A DNA stretch of 64,000 bases from a virus (Duplodnaviria > Caudoviricetes): positions 1-64,000 of the IMG/VR virus record IMGVR_UViG_3300033068_000943; one strand, given 5' to 3'. Positions 1 through 7,805 of this stretch are shown here, piece after piece. Made by a program: the position numbers and the translations under genes. The stretch's first letter is position 1. Every line of letters starts with the position of its first letter. A model generated the notes under the pieces. The model saw nothing but the letters and a program-made list of their open reading frames with translations. It was not told where the DNA came from and searched no databases.

Positions 1-167
1 CGGCTGCTGAGTCGGCGGCAGAGTCGGCTGCAAGGTCGGCTGCTGAGTCGGCTGCATGGTCGGCTGCATGGTCGGCTGCATGGTCGGCTGCTGAGTCGGC
101 GGCAAAGTCGGCTGCAAGGTCGGCTGCATGGTCGGCTGCATGGTCGGCCGCTGAGTCGGCTGCTGCG
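1..167 (+). repeat. 12-bp coding tandem repeat (TCGGCTGCATGG/TCGGCTGCTGAG variants)
   Basis: About 13 imperfect 12-nt units encoding SAAx. Confidence 0.9.
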
Positions 168-749
168 AAAAATAGGCTATCGGTTTCTGGCCATCCGACA
201 CAAACCAAGGTTGTCGCGATCTGGTCTCCAATGGAGCGCGCTTTAACCGCTGGGCTTTGGCTTTACTGGATCACGCGAACCGAGATCATTTGCGTCGAGC
301 AGCCTTGCCTCTGGCTGGACGGAGAGCGCTTGCACCGTGCGGACGGCCCGGCCGTCGAATGGCCGGGTGGTGAGGATTACTATTTTTGGCGCGGAACGCA
401 GGTGCCATCGGAATGGATACGTGATCGATCGCGGCTGACACCGACCGTTGCTCTGGCATGGCCCAACGTCGAGCAGCGCCGCGCAGCATGCGAGATGCTG
501 GGATGGCACACCATCCTTGATGCTCTTAACGCCCGCATTATCGATGCGGACACAGACCCGCAGATTGGAACGCTTATCGAGGTCGATCTGCCAGATAGCG
601 GAAAAGAGCGGTTCCTGCGTGTGCTTTGTGGGACCAATCGCGAGTTCGCGTTGCCCGTGCCGCGTAATATCCGAACAGCCCGTGGCGCTCAAGCATGGAC
701 GTGGGGGCTAGATACGAAATCCTTCAAAAAACCGGAGATCAGAACATGA
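3..749 (+). CDS. DUF6745-like protein, 5' truncated, with N-terminal SAA(W/E/R/K) repeats
   Basis: Frame is open from nt 3 (AAESAAESAARSAAESAAWS...) into [60 protein letters not shown], typical of DUF6745. Confidence 0.75.
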   Translation, partial: AAESAAESAARSAAESAAWSAAWSAAWSAAESAAKSAARSAAWSAAWSAAESAAAKNRLSVSGHPTQTKVVAIWSPMERALTAGLWLYWITRTEIICVEQPCLWLDGERLHRADGPAVEWPGGEDYYFWRGTQVPSEWIRDRSRLTPTVALAWPNVEQRRAACEMLGWHTILDALNARIIDADTDPQIGTLIEVDLPDSGKERFLRVLCGTNREFALPVPRNIRTARGAQAWTWGLDTKSFKKPEIRT

Positions 750-1102
750 AGACGTTCACGAGCATCTGCGCTCAAGGTGACGTGCTGTTCCGCCGTGTCG
801 ATACGATCCCCGCCAACGCGGCAGCGGTTGCGCCGCATCACGGCGAACTCATCGTCACGCATTCGGAGACGGGGCATCACCATGTCATGGTGCTGGACCG
901 CGCCGACGACGTACCTGCCGTGGAGATGTTCAGCGCGACCGACAATCCGCTTCTGGCGTGGCTCAAAGTGACCCGCCCAACTGCGCTGGAGCACCGCCGC
1001 CCGCACGACACCCACGAGTCGATCATGTTCGGCGTCGGCATCTACGAGGTGCGCCGCCAGCGCGAATACACTCCGGAAGGATGGCGACAAGTGGCCGATT
1101 GA
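746..1102 (+). CDS. Conserved phage protein (QGDV / HSETGHHH family), partner of the DUF6745-like gene
   Basis: ATGA overlap with the upstream stop; strong paralog at 62840-63193. Confidence 0.8.
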   Translation: MKTFTSICAQGDVLFRRVDTIPANAAAVAPHHGELIVTHSETGHHHVMVLDRADDVPAVEMFSATDNPLLAWLKVTRPTALEHRRPHDTHESIMFGVGIYEVRRQREYTPEGWRQVAD

Positions 1103-1121
1103 TTGGCGGGAGGGACGCAAT

Positions 1122-1306
1122 TGATGACCCACCACGAGCGCGAAGAACTGATAGAAGCAATGGCCCTCGATATGGCCAACCAGAACCGCCGGGAAAAGGG
1201 GCTGCGCAAAGCAGAAGCGCTAACCGAGATCGACAACGCTCCTGCGTTCCGCCACCTTGCGCAAGCCGGACTCGACGCCTACCTGCGAGTCCGGCTGGGT
1301 CATTGA
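1122..1306 (+). CDS. Hypothetical phage protein
   Basis: GGAGG SD upstream; MTHHEREELIEAMAL...; exact start uncertain. Confidence 0.55.
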
Positions 1307-1445
1307 TTGCGTGTCCGCCGATGCACCCATTCTTCGGAGTGCAATATCGGATGCGACGATTGAACAGAGACATCACACGCCGCCGCACGGCTGCCGCTGA
1401 TGGGCCTTAACAACGACGCCAGCGAGATAACTACGGAGCCGCAGA

Positions 1446-1727
1446 ATGCACATCTATCTGGTGCGCGCATCGAACGAAAAAGACGCAACCTACTTCTCAC
1501 GTCAGCGCGACGCCCATGAATTCGCGCGCACGAAGACCGGGCGATCAGCCGTCGTCGTCATTGAGCGGATCAAGCTGCGCGACCTTCCTCCGATGAAAAT
1601 GGCGCTCGCCTGCCTCAACGGAGCAGGCTTCGAGATCGAGGAGTGTCGCGAGCGAGTCGTGACGACGCACGCATCCACATCGAAAAAGCCCGCACCCCGG
1701 ACCCCGCGCGCCGAGCCGGCGCTATGA
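1446..1727 (+). CDS. Hypothetical phage protein
   Basis: GGAG SD; ATGA coupling to the next gene. Confidence 0.6.
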   Translation: MHIYLVRASNEKDATYFSRQRDAHEFARTKTGRSAVVVIERIKLRDLPPMKMALACLNGAGFEIEECRERVVTTHASTSKKPAPRTPRAEPAL

Positions 1728-1972
1728 CGGACACGCCCCACATCGAGCCCATGATGCTCGGGTTCGAGGCCGGCGCCAGGGGCGATGACCCGCGTCTTTG
1801 CCCATACCATCCAGCCAGCGGCGAGGCGCGCGCGTGGCGCCGCTGGCACGGATACGCAGTCGATCTTTTCTGGCCATCGGAGACCGCCCATGACGACGCG
1901 CAAGCCGCCCCTCACGGTCGCCCAACTGCACAACATGCTCTCGGTGATGATCGAGGCCGGAAAAGGATGTGA
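1724..1972 (+). CDS. Rmf/CrpP-fold small protein
   Basis: GFEAGARGDDPRLCPYHPASGEARAWRRWH resembles the RMF motif G-[YF]-x-A-G-x2-G...CPY...W. Confidence 0.5.
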   Translation: MTDTPHIEPMMLGFEAGARGDDPRLCPYHPASGEARAWRRWHGYAVDLFWPSETAHDDAQAAPHGRPTAQHALGDDRGRKRM

Positions 1973-2270
1973 TACGGTCGTTGTTTCCCGTGAAACACTT
2001 GCGACCGACATCGGCCCGCAGCCAACCATCGATATAACCGATGCTCACGTTGGGTTCGATTGGAATCAGGGCCACGTGTTCCTCGAAACCGCAACCACCG
2101 TTGCGGCTGCCGGCGAGGAACACCGCGCCGAACAAATTGCCGTTCGACAGCTCCAAAACGATATGTCGTGGGTCTGGACGATCTTGCGAGACGACAAGCT
2201 TGACGCGGACAAAAAGGTGGCCCGGCTGGCGCTCGTCCTCCAACGACGCCGCAAAGCCGCTGCTACTTGA
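1890..2270 (+). CDS. Hypothetical phage protein
   Basis: GGAG SD before ATG 1890 (MTTRKPPLTVAQLH...). Confidence 0.6.
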   Translation: MTTRKPPLTVAQLHNMLSVMIEAGKGCDTVVVSRETLATDIGPQPTIDITDAHVGFDWNQGHVFLETATTVAAAGEEHRAEQIAVRQLQNDMSWVWTILRDDKLDADKKVARLALVLQRRRKAAAT

Positions 2271-2372
2271 AGATCACGAACCCCCACGCCACAAGCAGAC
2301 CGAGCAGGACGCCCCAACTCAAGCGCTCCCCCCGGTCCATGCGGAGGGTCTTGACCCAACGGCGGACGACGC

Positions 2373-2753
2373 TCACGCGCCACCAAACAGCCTTGCGAGC
2401 ATCGGCAACTGCTGAAAGTCCAGCATCCTGAACCCGAGCAGCAACGCCAGAACGATCGCCGCAAGCCACCGAAGCGCGGTTGACAACTCTTTCATGAGCC
2501 CCGCCGCCTCCTTCAACGTGGCCGTAATCTGCGACGTTGTGGGGGCATTCTCGGCAGACGATGTGGCCGGAGGCGGCCAATGAAAACGACCGTCCTTCAT
2601 TTCCTCGATGCTCTGCTCCAGATAGTGTACGCGGGTCATCAGATGGTGGATGGCGCCGCTCACCCACCTCCCGAAGCCGTTGAACTCCGGCGGCGGCTGC
2701 ACGGGTTGCTGCGGCGGCGGATAGGGCCGCCAGCCAGTCTGGTGCCTGCTCAT
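2373..2753 (-). CDS. Small membrane protein (C-terminal TM), last gene of the lysis cassette; holin candidate
   Basis: WLAAIVLALLLGF hydrophobic segment; position after the spanin candidates. Confidence 0.5.
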   Translation of the reverse strand: MSRHQTGWRPYPPPQQPVQPPPEFNGFGRWVSGAIHHLMTRVHYLEQSIEEMKDGRFHWPPPATSSAENAPTTSQITATLKEAAGLMKELSTALRWLAAIVLALLLGFRMLDFQQLPMLARLFGGA

Positions 2754-2770
2754 TCATTTTTCGATCCTGC

Positions 2771-3100
2771 TTAGTGCTGATTGTTCGCTGCAACGCGCTC
2801 GACGAAGCGGAGACACACATCCTCACGCGCCGCATTGCGGCGAACAACAGCGCCAACATCCAGGCGATGACGCGCCCACAGAAGATTGACGCACTGGATC
2901 GAGTCGGTCACTCCGGGACACAGAGCCATCAATTGCGCGGGATCGCGTGGAAACGGCGCCATCTTCGGGATCGCTTCGCGCGCCCCTCGCCGGCACTCCG
3001 GCGGCGCCTTGGCAACTGGCAGTGTTGCGACCACGGGCACTTCAGTTGCACATCCAGGCAGCAGCAGCAAAACATAAACAAGGCACACCGCGCGAATCAT
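2771..3100 (-). CDS. Putative o-spanin (Rz1-like lipoprotein)
   Basis: MIRAVCLVYVLLLLPG-C lipobox; Pro/Cys-rich; overlaps the upstream i-spanin candidate. Confidence 0.6.
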   Translation of the reverse strand: MIRAVCLVYVLLLLPGCATEVPVVATLPVAKAPPECRRGAREAIPKMAPFPRDPAQLMALCPGVTDSIQCVNLLWARHRLDVGAVVRRNAAREDVCLRFVERVAANNQH

Positions 3101-3438
3101 CGCCCCGCCTCCCGCATCACCGCATTGAGCGTATCGATGCGCGCCTCCGTGAGCGGGCACGTCGCGTCGCTTTGTTTGGCGATGATCAATGCCGATTCGC
3201 TGGCCGCCGCATCCTGCATCGCCGCTTTAGTCTCGGCGGCGACGGCCGTCGCGCGCGCTACCTCAAGATCAGACTCCAGCGCGCGTATCTTGGCCGCCGC
3301 TTCGTCCGTCGCCTTGCGCACGGCGCGCTCCATGGCGGCCTGGAAATTCCCAGCCCGCCAATCCCATCCGACCTTGACCCCGACCCCGAACGCGAGGCTC
3401 AAGATCACGACCACTGCGCCAATTCCGCGAAGGTCCAC
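3097..3438 (-). CDS. Putative i-spanin (Rz-like)
   Basis: N-terminal TM, Ala-rich coiled coil, C-terminal Cys (ATCPL). Confidence 0.6.
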   Translation of the reverse strand: MDLRGIGAVVVILSLAFGVGVKVGWDWRAGNFQAAMERAVRKATDEAAAKIRALESDLEVARATAVAAETKAAMQDAAASESALIIAKQSDATCPLTEARIDTLNAVMREAGR

Positions 3439-3456
3439 GGCGCCCTCCTGTTGCGG

Positions 3457-3957
3457 CTATTGCAGACCGAGGAACTTCGACAGATTGAACTTGGCCGGCT
3501 CCGGCTCGGCCACCAACGGCTTCTTTGGAATAGCCGCCTTGCGGGCAACCTTTGGCGCCGCGTCCGCCGCCTTCGGCGGCGCATCCTTGGCGCGCTCAAG
3601 GGCATTCTCGGCCTCATAAGCGCGCTTCTCAGCCAAGGATACGGCGCGCTGCGCTTCGCGGAACTCAACCGTCAGCTTGTCGCGTTCGAGCGTGACTTTC
3701 GACAGGCTCGATTGCAGCGTGTGCGCCGGCCGCGCCCCCATCGCATGCCCGCCTAGGTACGCAGCGAACGCAACCGCAGCAATGATCGGATACGTGGCCG
3801 GCGCCGACAGCGCCGCCTTGGCTGATCTCCACAGCCCCGATACGGCCCACACGAGGCCATCTCTCGTCCACGACAAGGCCGATCCGCCAACGCTGACGAT
3901 GGCGTTTCCGGTCAACAGCGCCCACATGCGCGCAAGCAGTGCCGTCATCATCGTCAT
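3457..3957 (-). CDS. Membrane protein with coiled-coil tail (lysis accessory)
   Basis: PIIAAVAFAAYLGG TM then coiled coil; coupled to the endolysin stop. Confidence 0.55.
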   Translation of the reverse strand: MTMMTALLARMWALLTGNAIVSVGGSALSWTRDGLVWAVSGLWRSAKAALSAPATYPIIAAVAFAAYLGGHAMGARPAHTLQSSLSKVTLERDKLTVEFREAQRAVSLAEKRAYEAENALERAKDAPPKAADAAPKVARKAAIPKKPLVAEPEPAKFNLSKFLGLQ

Positions 3958-4868
3958 TTCGCGTCGCCCTTCAGTTGAGAGATGGTTTTTTTGTCGTTGG
4001 TGTGCCGGACCATCGCGAACAAGATGCACGCGATCGTGAGGCCGCCCAGGACGTAACTCAGATTGAGCTTGAGCATCCCGAACAGGCTTTGCACGGGATC
4101 GAGCTGCCCCCTCACGTCATCGACGACATCGGGCAGCGACGAGAACAGCGCCCCAGTCTTGTCCGCGATAAAGGCACCCGCGCCCGTCAGCAATGCCCAT
4201 ACCGATTTGGACTTGGCCGCCTCCTTGATGGAAGATGCCTCTTTCGGGGGCTCCGCTTTCGGCCACGTTGCCACCTCAGCGCGCGGATGATCATCGTCGA
4301 TCTCGTTGGCGTCGATCAGCGCGCGAAGCAACGCCATGCCTCCCGGCTGCGCAGAAACCGCAGTCGGCGACCACACGCCGTCCGCGACGTACTTCCCACG
4401 CTCATAAGCCGTCGTGAAGCTCCACAGATATGCGCTCGGCACCCCCTTGCGGTACGACCCGAAGCCGTTGAATTTCTCCAGACAGTACGCAATCCCCTCG
4501 ATCGACCAATCAGCGTTGCGATCAAGCCCATCATAGCGCAGCGCGTCCGCCGCGCTTTCCTCCCACGTCGCAAACGGCCCACGGCCCTTGGGAACCTGCA
4601 CCGTCTTGAGTGGCGCACCCTTCTTGTCCGTGAGAGGGTCGCCGTTATGGAGATGAGTCTTGAAGGAAAGGCCCGATTCCATGGCGTGAAGAATGCCGAT
4701 GACATACCATGGCGCGCCCGTCGTTGCGCTGACCGCCTCGTAGCGAGCGCGATTTGCAACGATCCGCCGCGCGGTCGCCGTCACCTCAGTCTTGCGTTCG
4801 GGGCGCAAGACCATCGACGCCCAAAGCGCCTTGTATTCCTTGCTCCGGCTCGCGATCGTGGTGGCCAT
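3954..4868 (-). CDS. Endolysin, lysozyme-family (COG5526-like), with C-terminal membrane segments
   Basis: RYEAVSATTGAPWYVIGILHAMES..HLHNGDPL..VPKGRGPFATWEESAADAL..EKFNGFG..SAYLWS..GKYVADG. Confidence 0.8.
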   Translation of the reverse strand: MATTIASRSKEYKALWASMVLRPERKTEVTATARRIVANRARYEAVSATTGAPWYVIGILHAMESGLSFKTHLHNGDPLTDKKGAPLKTVQVPKGRGPFATWEESAADALRYDGLDRNADWSIEGIAYCLEKFNGFGSYRKGVPSAYLWSFTTAYERGKYVADGVWSPTAVSAQPGGMALLRALIDANEIDDDHPRAEVATWPKAEPPKEASSIKEAAKSKSVWALLTGAGAFIADKTGALFSSLPDVVDDVRGQLDPVQSLFGMLKLNLSYVLGGLTIACILFAMVRHTNDKKTISQLKGDAK

Positions 4869-4959
4869 GTCGATCCTCAAGGCTGACCCAAAGCGGGCCG
4901 CCGCTCGGATGGCTCCGAACGGCGACGCGGGACGAACGGGACGAGACTGGACTGCGACG

Positions 4960-7479
4960 CTACGGCTTTTTGTACGGCTCCAGCGATGCAGCGTTCGCAT
5001 CGCCGGAATACGCGCCAAGGGCAGCGGCGCCGATAGCGGCGCCTCCGAATGGCAGCAATCGACTGTCGAGCAGCCGATCCGAATGCGCTTTCGCCGGGTC
5101 GAAAGCCGCGTTAATCGAGCGAACTTGGTTCGGGTAGAAAGGAATGGCGACCCGATGACCGTCGCCGCCCGACTTTCCACCCATGTCGACGATGCTGTCG
5201 TAGCCAAGGCGTTTCAGTTGGTCCGTGACCTTATCAGGAATCGATGCCCATACGTAGCTATTTTTGGGCTCCCCCGTGCGTGGGTCCGGCATCAAGTCTT
5301 CCTTGAGCGCCTTCACCCACTCCTTCGGCGTGTATCGCGTGTTCTTGTCCCAATCGTCGGCGCCGAATTGCTTCAGCCGCGTGCGATCCCGCTTGAAGGC
5401 GTCTTCGAGCGCCGGGATGACCTTGGTGCGCAACTCGTCGAAGTTGGTCGTGACCAACGGGTTTTCCATCGACAGCCGCGCCGGAAGAACGCCTTGGGCG
5501 TGCGTCCATGGCGCGCTGTACTGAGAGATCGCGTGCGGATATCCGGCGAGCTTCCAGATGTCCGCCATCATGTGCTCGTTGCCGATCAGATCGCCGCCGT
5601 CGTGCCACAGCATCCGGAGCGCAGCCAGATGGTTGCCACGCGCCTCCCGATCCAGCAGATACTTGTAGTGATCCGGGCTCGACAGCGAACCGAACTCGTC
5701 GTGCAGGACGAACGGACCATCGCCCATGTCGCGGTTCTGATAGCCGACGCGGGTTGCCTTGTCCGCGATTTCGGCGCGCGTCTGCGACGGGAGATGATGC
5801 CAGCTTTGCTCGACGGAGACGGGCGAGCGTGCCCGCGCCCAACCCAAGTCCTTCGGCGACACGGTGAAGTATTGCGCAATACCGCTGTCCGGCAGCGAGA
5901 CGTCAGGCTTGCCGAGAGCATAGTTCGATGCGATCTGCGGCTCGTCAGTAAAAAACGGCATCGGCCCGGATGACGCTCGCCTCGGGTCAAGCTTCCCTTT
6001 CTCGACAACCCGATCGATCCGGTCAGAGCCGTGATACCACCTAGTCCCAGGGTCATAGCCCTCCCAAGCGCGGGCGCGGGCTTCGCGGGACGCCGGGTCC
6101 ATGGGAAGCCGGGCGGACGCCGCCGGCCCGCCCCCGAACGAAACAATCTGATCCGGCTCCGGCACATCATAGTCGAGCCACGGCGGTCGCTCTCGGCGCT
6201 CATGCGGTGTCATTCCGCGCCGCTTCTCAACGGCTCTCGCCTCAACCTCCCCCGCAGATCGATGGTAAGCCTCAAGGATATCTTTTGGCCCAGGAGATGT
6301 GCCTATCTGAGCAAGCTCGCTCGACGCGCGCTCGAAAGCATGGATGTTCCCGGCCGTGCGGTTTGCCTTGACCGCAGATTCTGCATCCCGGTAGCGCTGC
6401 GTTGCTTCCGCGACGCGCTTGTCATAGATGGCGCGCACAGCCTCAGAACCCTGTACCCCGACAATATCGCTGCCGCGCGCAAAATTCTCAAGATTTTGGA
6501 GCCCATGCTGCGTTTCGTGCAACACCTTTGGAGTCCTAGCCTCCCACGTCACGTGAGGCGCAACCCCGATGAATGTGTTTTTGACACTCCCCGTCCTGCC
6601 AAAGTCGTCGAACATTGCATTCGCTCGCCGCGGCACGGACGGCGAAAATAGATCGGCGCGGATTCCGTCAAGCTCCGGGTATGCCGCGTAAAGCTCCGGA
6701 TGATGCAGCACGTCGGGGAGTCTGCCAGCCGACGACAAGCGATCTGCGATCGCTTCATATTCTCTCGCCTTGGCTCGCGCGTCGACAACCTCTTGCCGCG
6801 CGGCCTGGAATTGCGATTCGGCTTTGGCTGGACTTATGCGCCCGGCGTCCCGCTCACGGATCAAGTTCGGCGCAATGGCGTTGAGTCTCTTGAAGGCATC
6901 ACCAGCCGCTCCACCCCCACGGCCATTGTCCTGCCATTCCGCATGGCGCCGAGCGAGCGCTTTGTCTAGCGCGGCGTTGTCCGAAATTTCCCACTTCCAA
7001 TTCTTGTCCGGCGCCTGAAACCACCCCTCTTCGCGCCAAATCTGCTCACGCGGGACGCCTTGAGCCGTCTTGGCTTGTGCCCGCTCCAGAGCTGCGAGAT
7101 TGGCCGTCTTTGCAGCGGGACCGGCGAAAATCGCCAGCGCCGGGCCTTTGGCGACAGGAAGGACGTTTAGAAGTGTGCTCGTCGCCTGCCCGCCCGGCGT
7201 CGTCATGAACCTCTCAAGCGCATTGTACGTGGCCGGGTCCGAGCCATAGACGCTATCCAAGGTATGGTAGCCGCCAAACCCCAGCGACGGCGCAAGGCCA
7301 TAGCCCTTGCCGATCATGTCCAGCGGCTCTCGTCCTGCCGCCTTTTCGATGTCGGCCCTACTCGATTCGGCATAGGGGCGTAGCTCTCGCGCCTCCGGAC
7401 GCCGCCCCGTGAACGGTTCATCATAGGGTGCCGGCAGGCTCGCGTCAGAGCGCCAATCCCGTGGATACTTGTCTGCCAT
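4960..7479 (-). CDS. Polyvalent virion/ejection protein: LPD23 + HExxH metallopeptidase-like + ADP-ribosyltransferase-like (ART-PolyVal type) domains
   Basis: IWREEGWFQAPDKNWKWEISD; LHETQHGLQ; AGEVEAR; WYHGS..PFFTDEPQIASNYA..GYDSIV..FYPNQVRSINAAFDP. Confidence 0.7.
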   Translation of the reverse strand: MADKYPRDWRSDASLPAPYDEPFTGRRPEARELRPYAESSRADIEKAAGREPLDMIGKGYGLAPSLGFGGYHTLDSVYGSDPATYNALERFMTTPGGQATSTLLNVLPVAKGPALAIFAGPAAKTANLAALERAQAKTAQGVPREQIWREEGWFQAPDKNWKWEISDNAALDKALARRHAEWQDNGRGGGAAGDAFKRLNAIAPNLIRERDAGRISPAKAESQFQAARQEVVDARAKAREYEAIADRLSSAGRLPDVLHHPELYAAYPELDGIRADLFSPSVPRRANAMFDDFGRTGSVKNTFIGVAPHVTWEARTPKVLHETQHGLQNLENFARGSDIVGVQGSEAVRAIYDKRVAEATQRYRDAESAVKANRTAGNIHAFERASSELAQIGTSPGPKDILEAYHRSAGEVEARAVEKRRGMTPHERRERPPWLDYDVPEPDQIVSFGGGPAASARLPMDPASREARARAWEGYDPGTRWYHGSDRIDRVVEKGKLDPRRASSGPMPFFTDEPQIASNYALGKPDVSLPDSGIAQYFTVSPKDLGWARARSPVSVEQSWHHLPSQTRAEIADKATRVGYQNRDMGDGPFVLHDEFGSLSSPDHYKYLLDREARGNHLAALRMLWHDGGDLIGNEHMMADIWKLAGYPHAISQYSAPWTHAQGVLPARLSMENPLVTTNFDELRTKVIPALEDAFKRDRTRLKQFGADDWDKNTRYTPKEWVKALKEDLMPDPRTGEPKNSYVWASIPDKVTDQLKRLGYDSIVDMGGKSGGDGHRVAIPFYPNQVRSINAAFDPAKAHSDRLLDSRLLPFGGAAIGAAALGAYSGDANAASLEPYKKP

Positions 7480-7517
7480 TGCTTTCCCCAGGCCCCGCGC
7501 CCCGCTACCGTCCCGAC

Positions 7518-7805
7518 ATGCGTATCAAACTCAACTGGCCTCACATCCGCAAATGGAGCGAGGCCCTATATGGCTTCGCCGTCCTGTACGTCGGCGCGCT
7601 CATCTTCGGCTGGCATCTTGGGCCACGCGCCGACGAACTGATCTTCTGTGCCTCGCTCCCCTTGTTCGTCATCATCCCCTATGCCGCCCTTTGCCTCGTC
7701 GTCGTGCTTGTCAAGTCACTGGCGATAGGGCTTCAAAGTCGTGTTCGCGCGCGGCGGTTCCGCCGTCGCGAAGTGATTGGTGGCGTGCGGAAGAACGCCC
7801 GCTGA
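7518..7805 (+). CDS. Small two-TM membrane protein, antisense to the late operon (moron / superinfection-exclusion candidate)
   Basis: Two hydrophobic helices; -10-like GCTACCGT ends 6 nt before the ATG; no SD. Confidence 0.55.
   Translation: MRIKLNWPHIRKWSEALYGFAVLYVGALIFGWHLGPRADELIFCASLPLFVIIPYAALCLVVVLVKSLAIGLQSRVRARRFRRREVIGGVRKNAR

Noticed and set aside
1-167. CRISPR array at either window end
   Set aside because: 9-12-bp tandem units without spacers, in frame within CDSs; no cas genes.
4869-5207. N-terminal extensions in the ORF track (endolysin from 5207; likewise 19892, 20760, 28464, 33337, 37229)
   Set aside because: They overlap upstream genes; downstream ATGs fit operon coupling and domain starts better.
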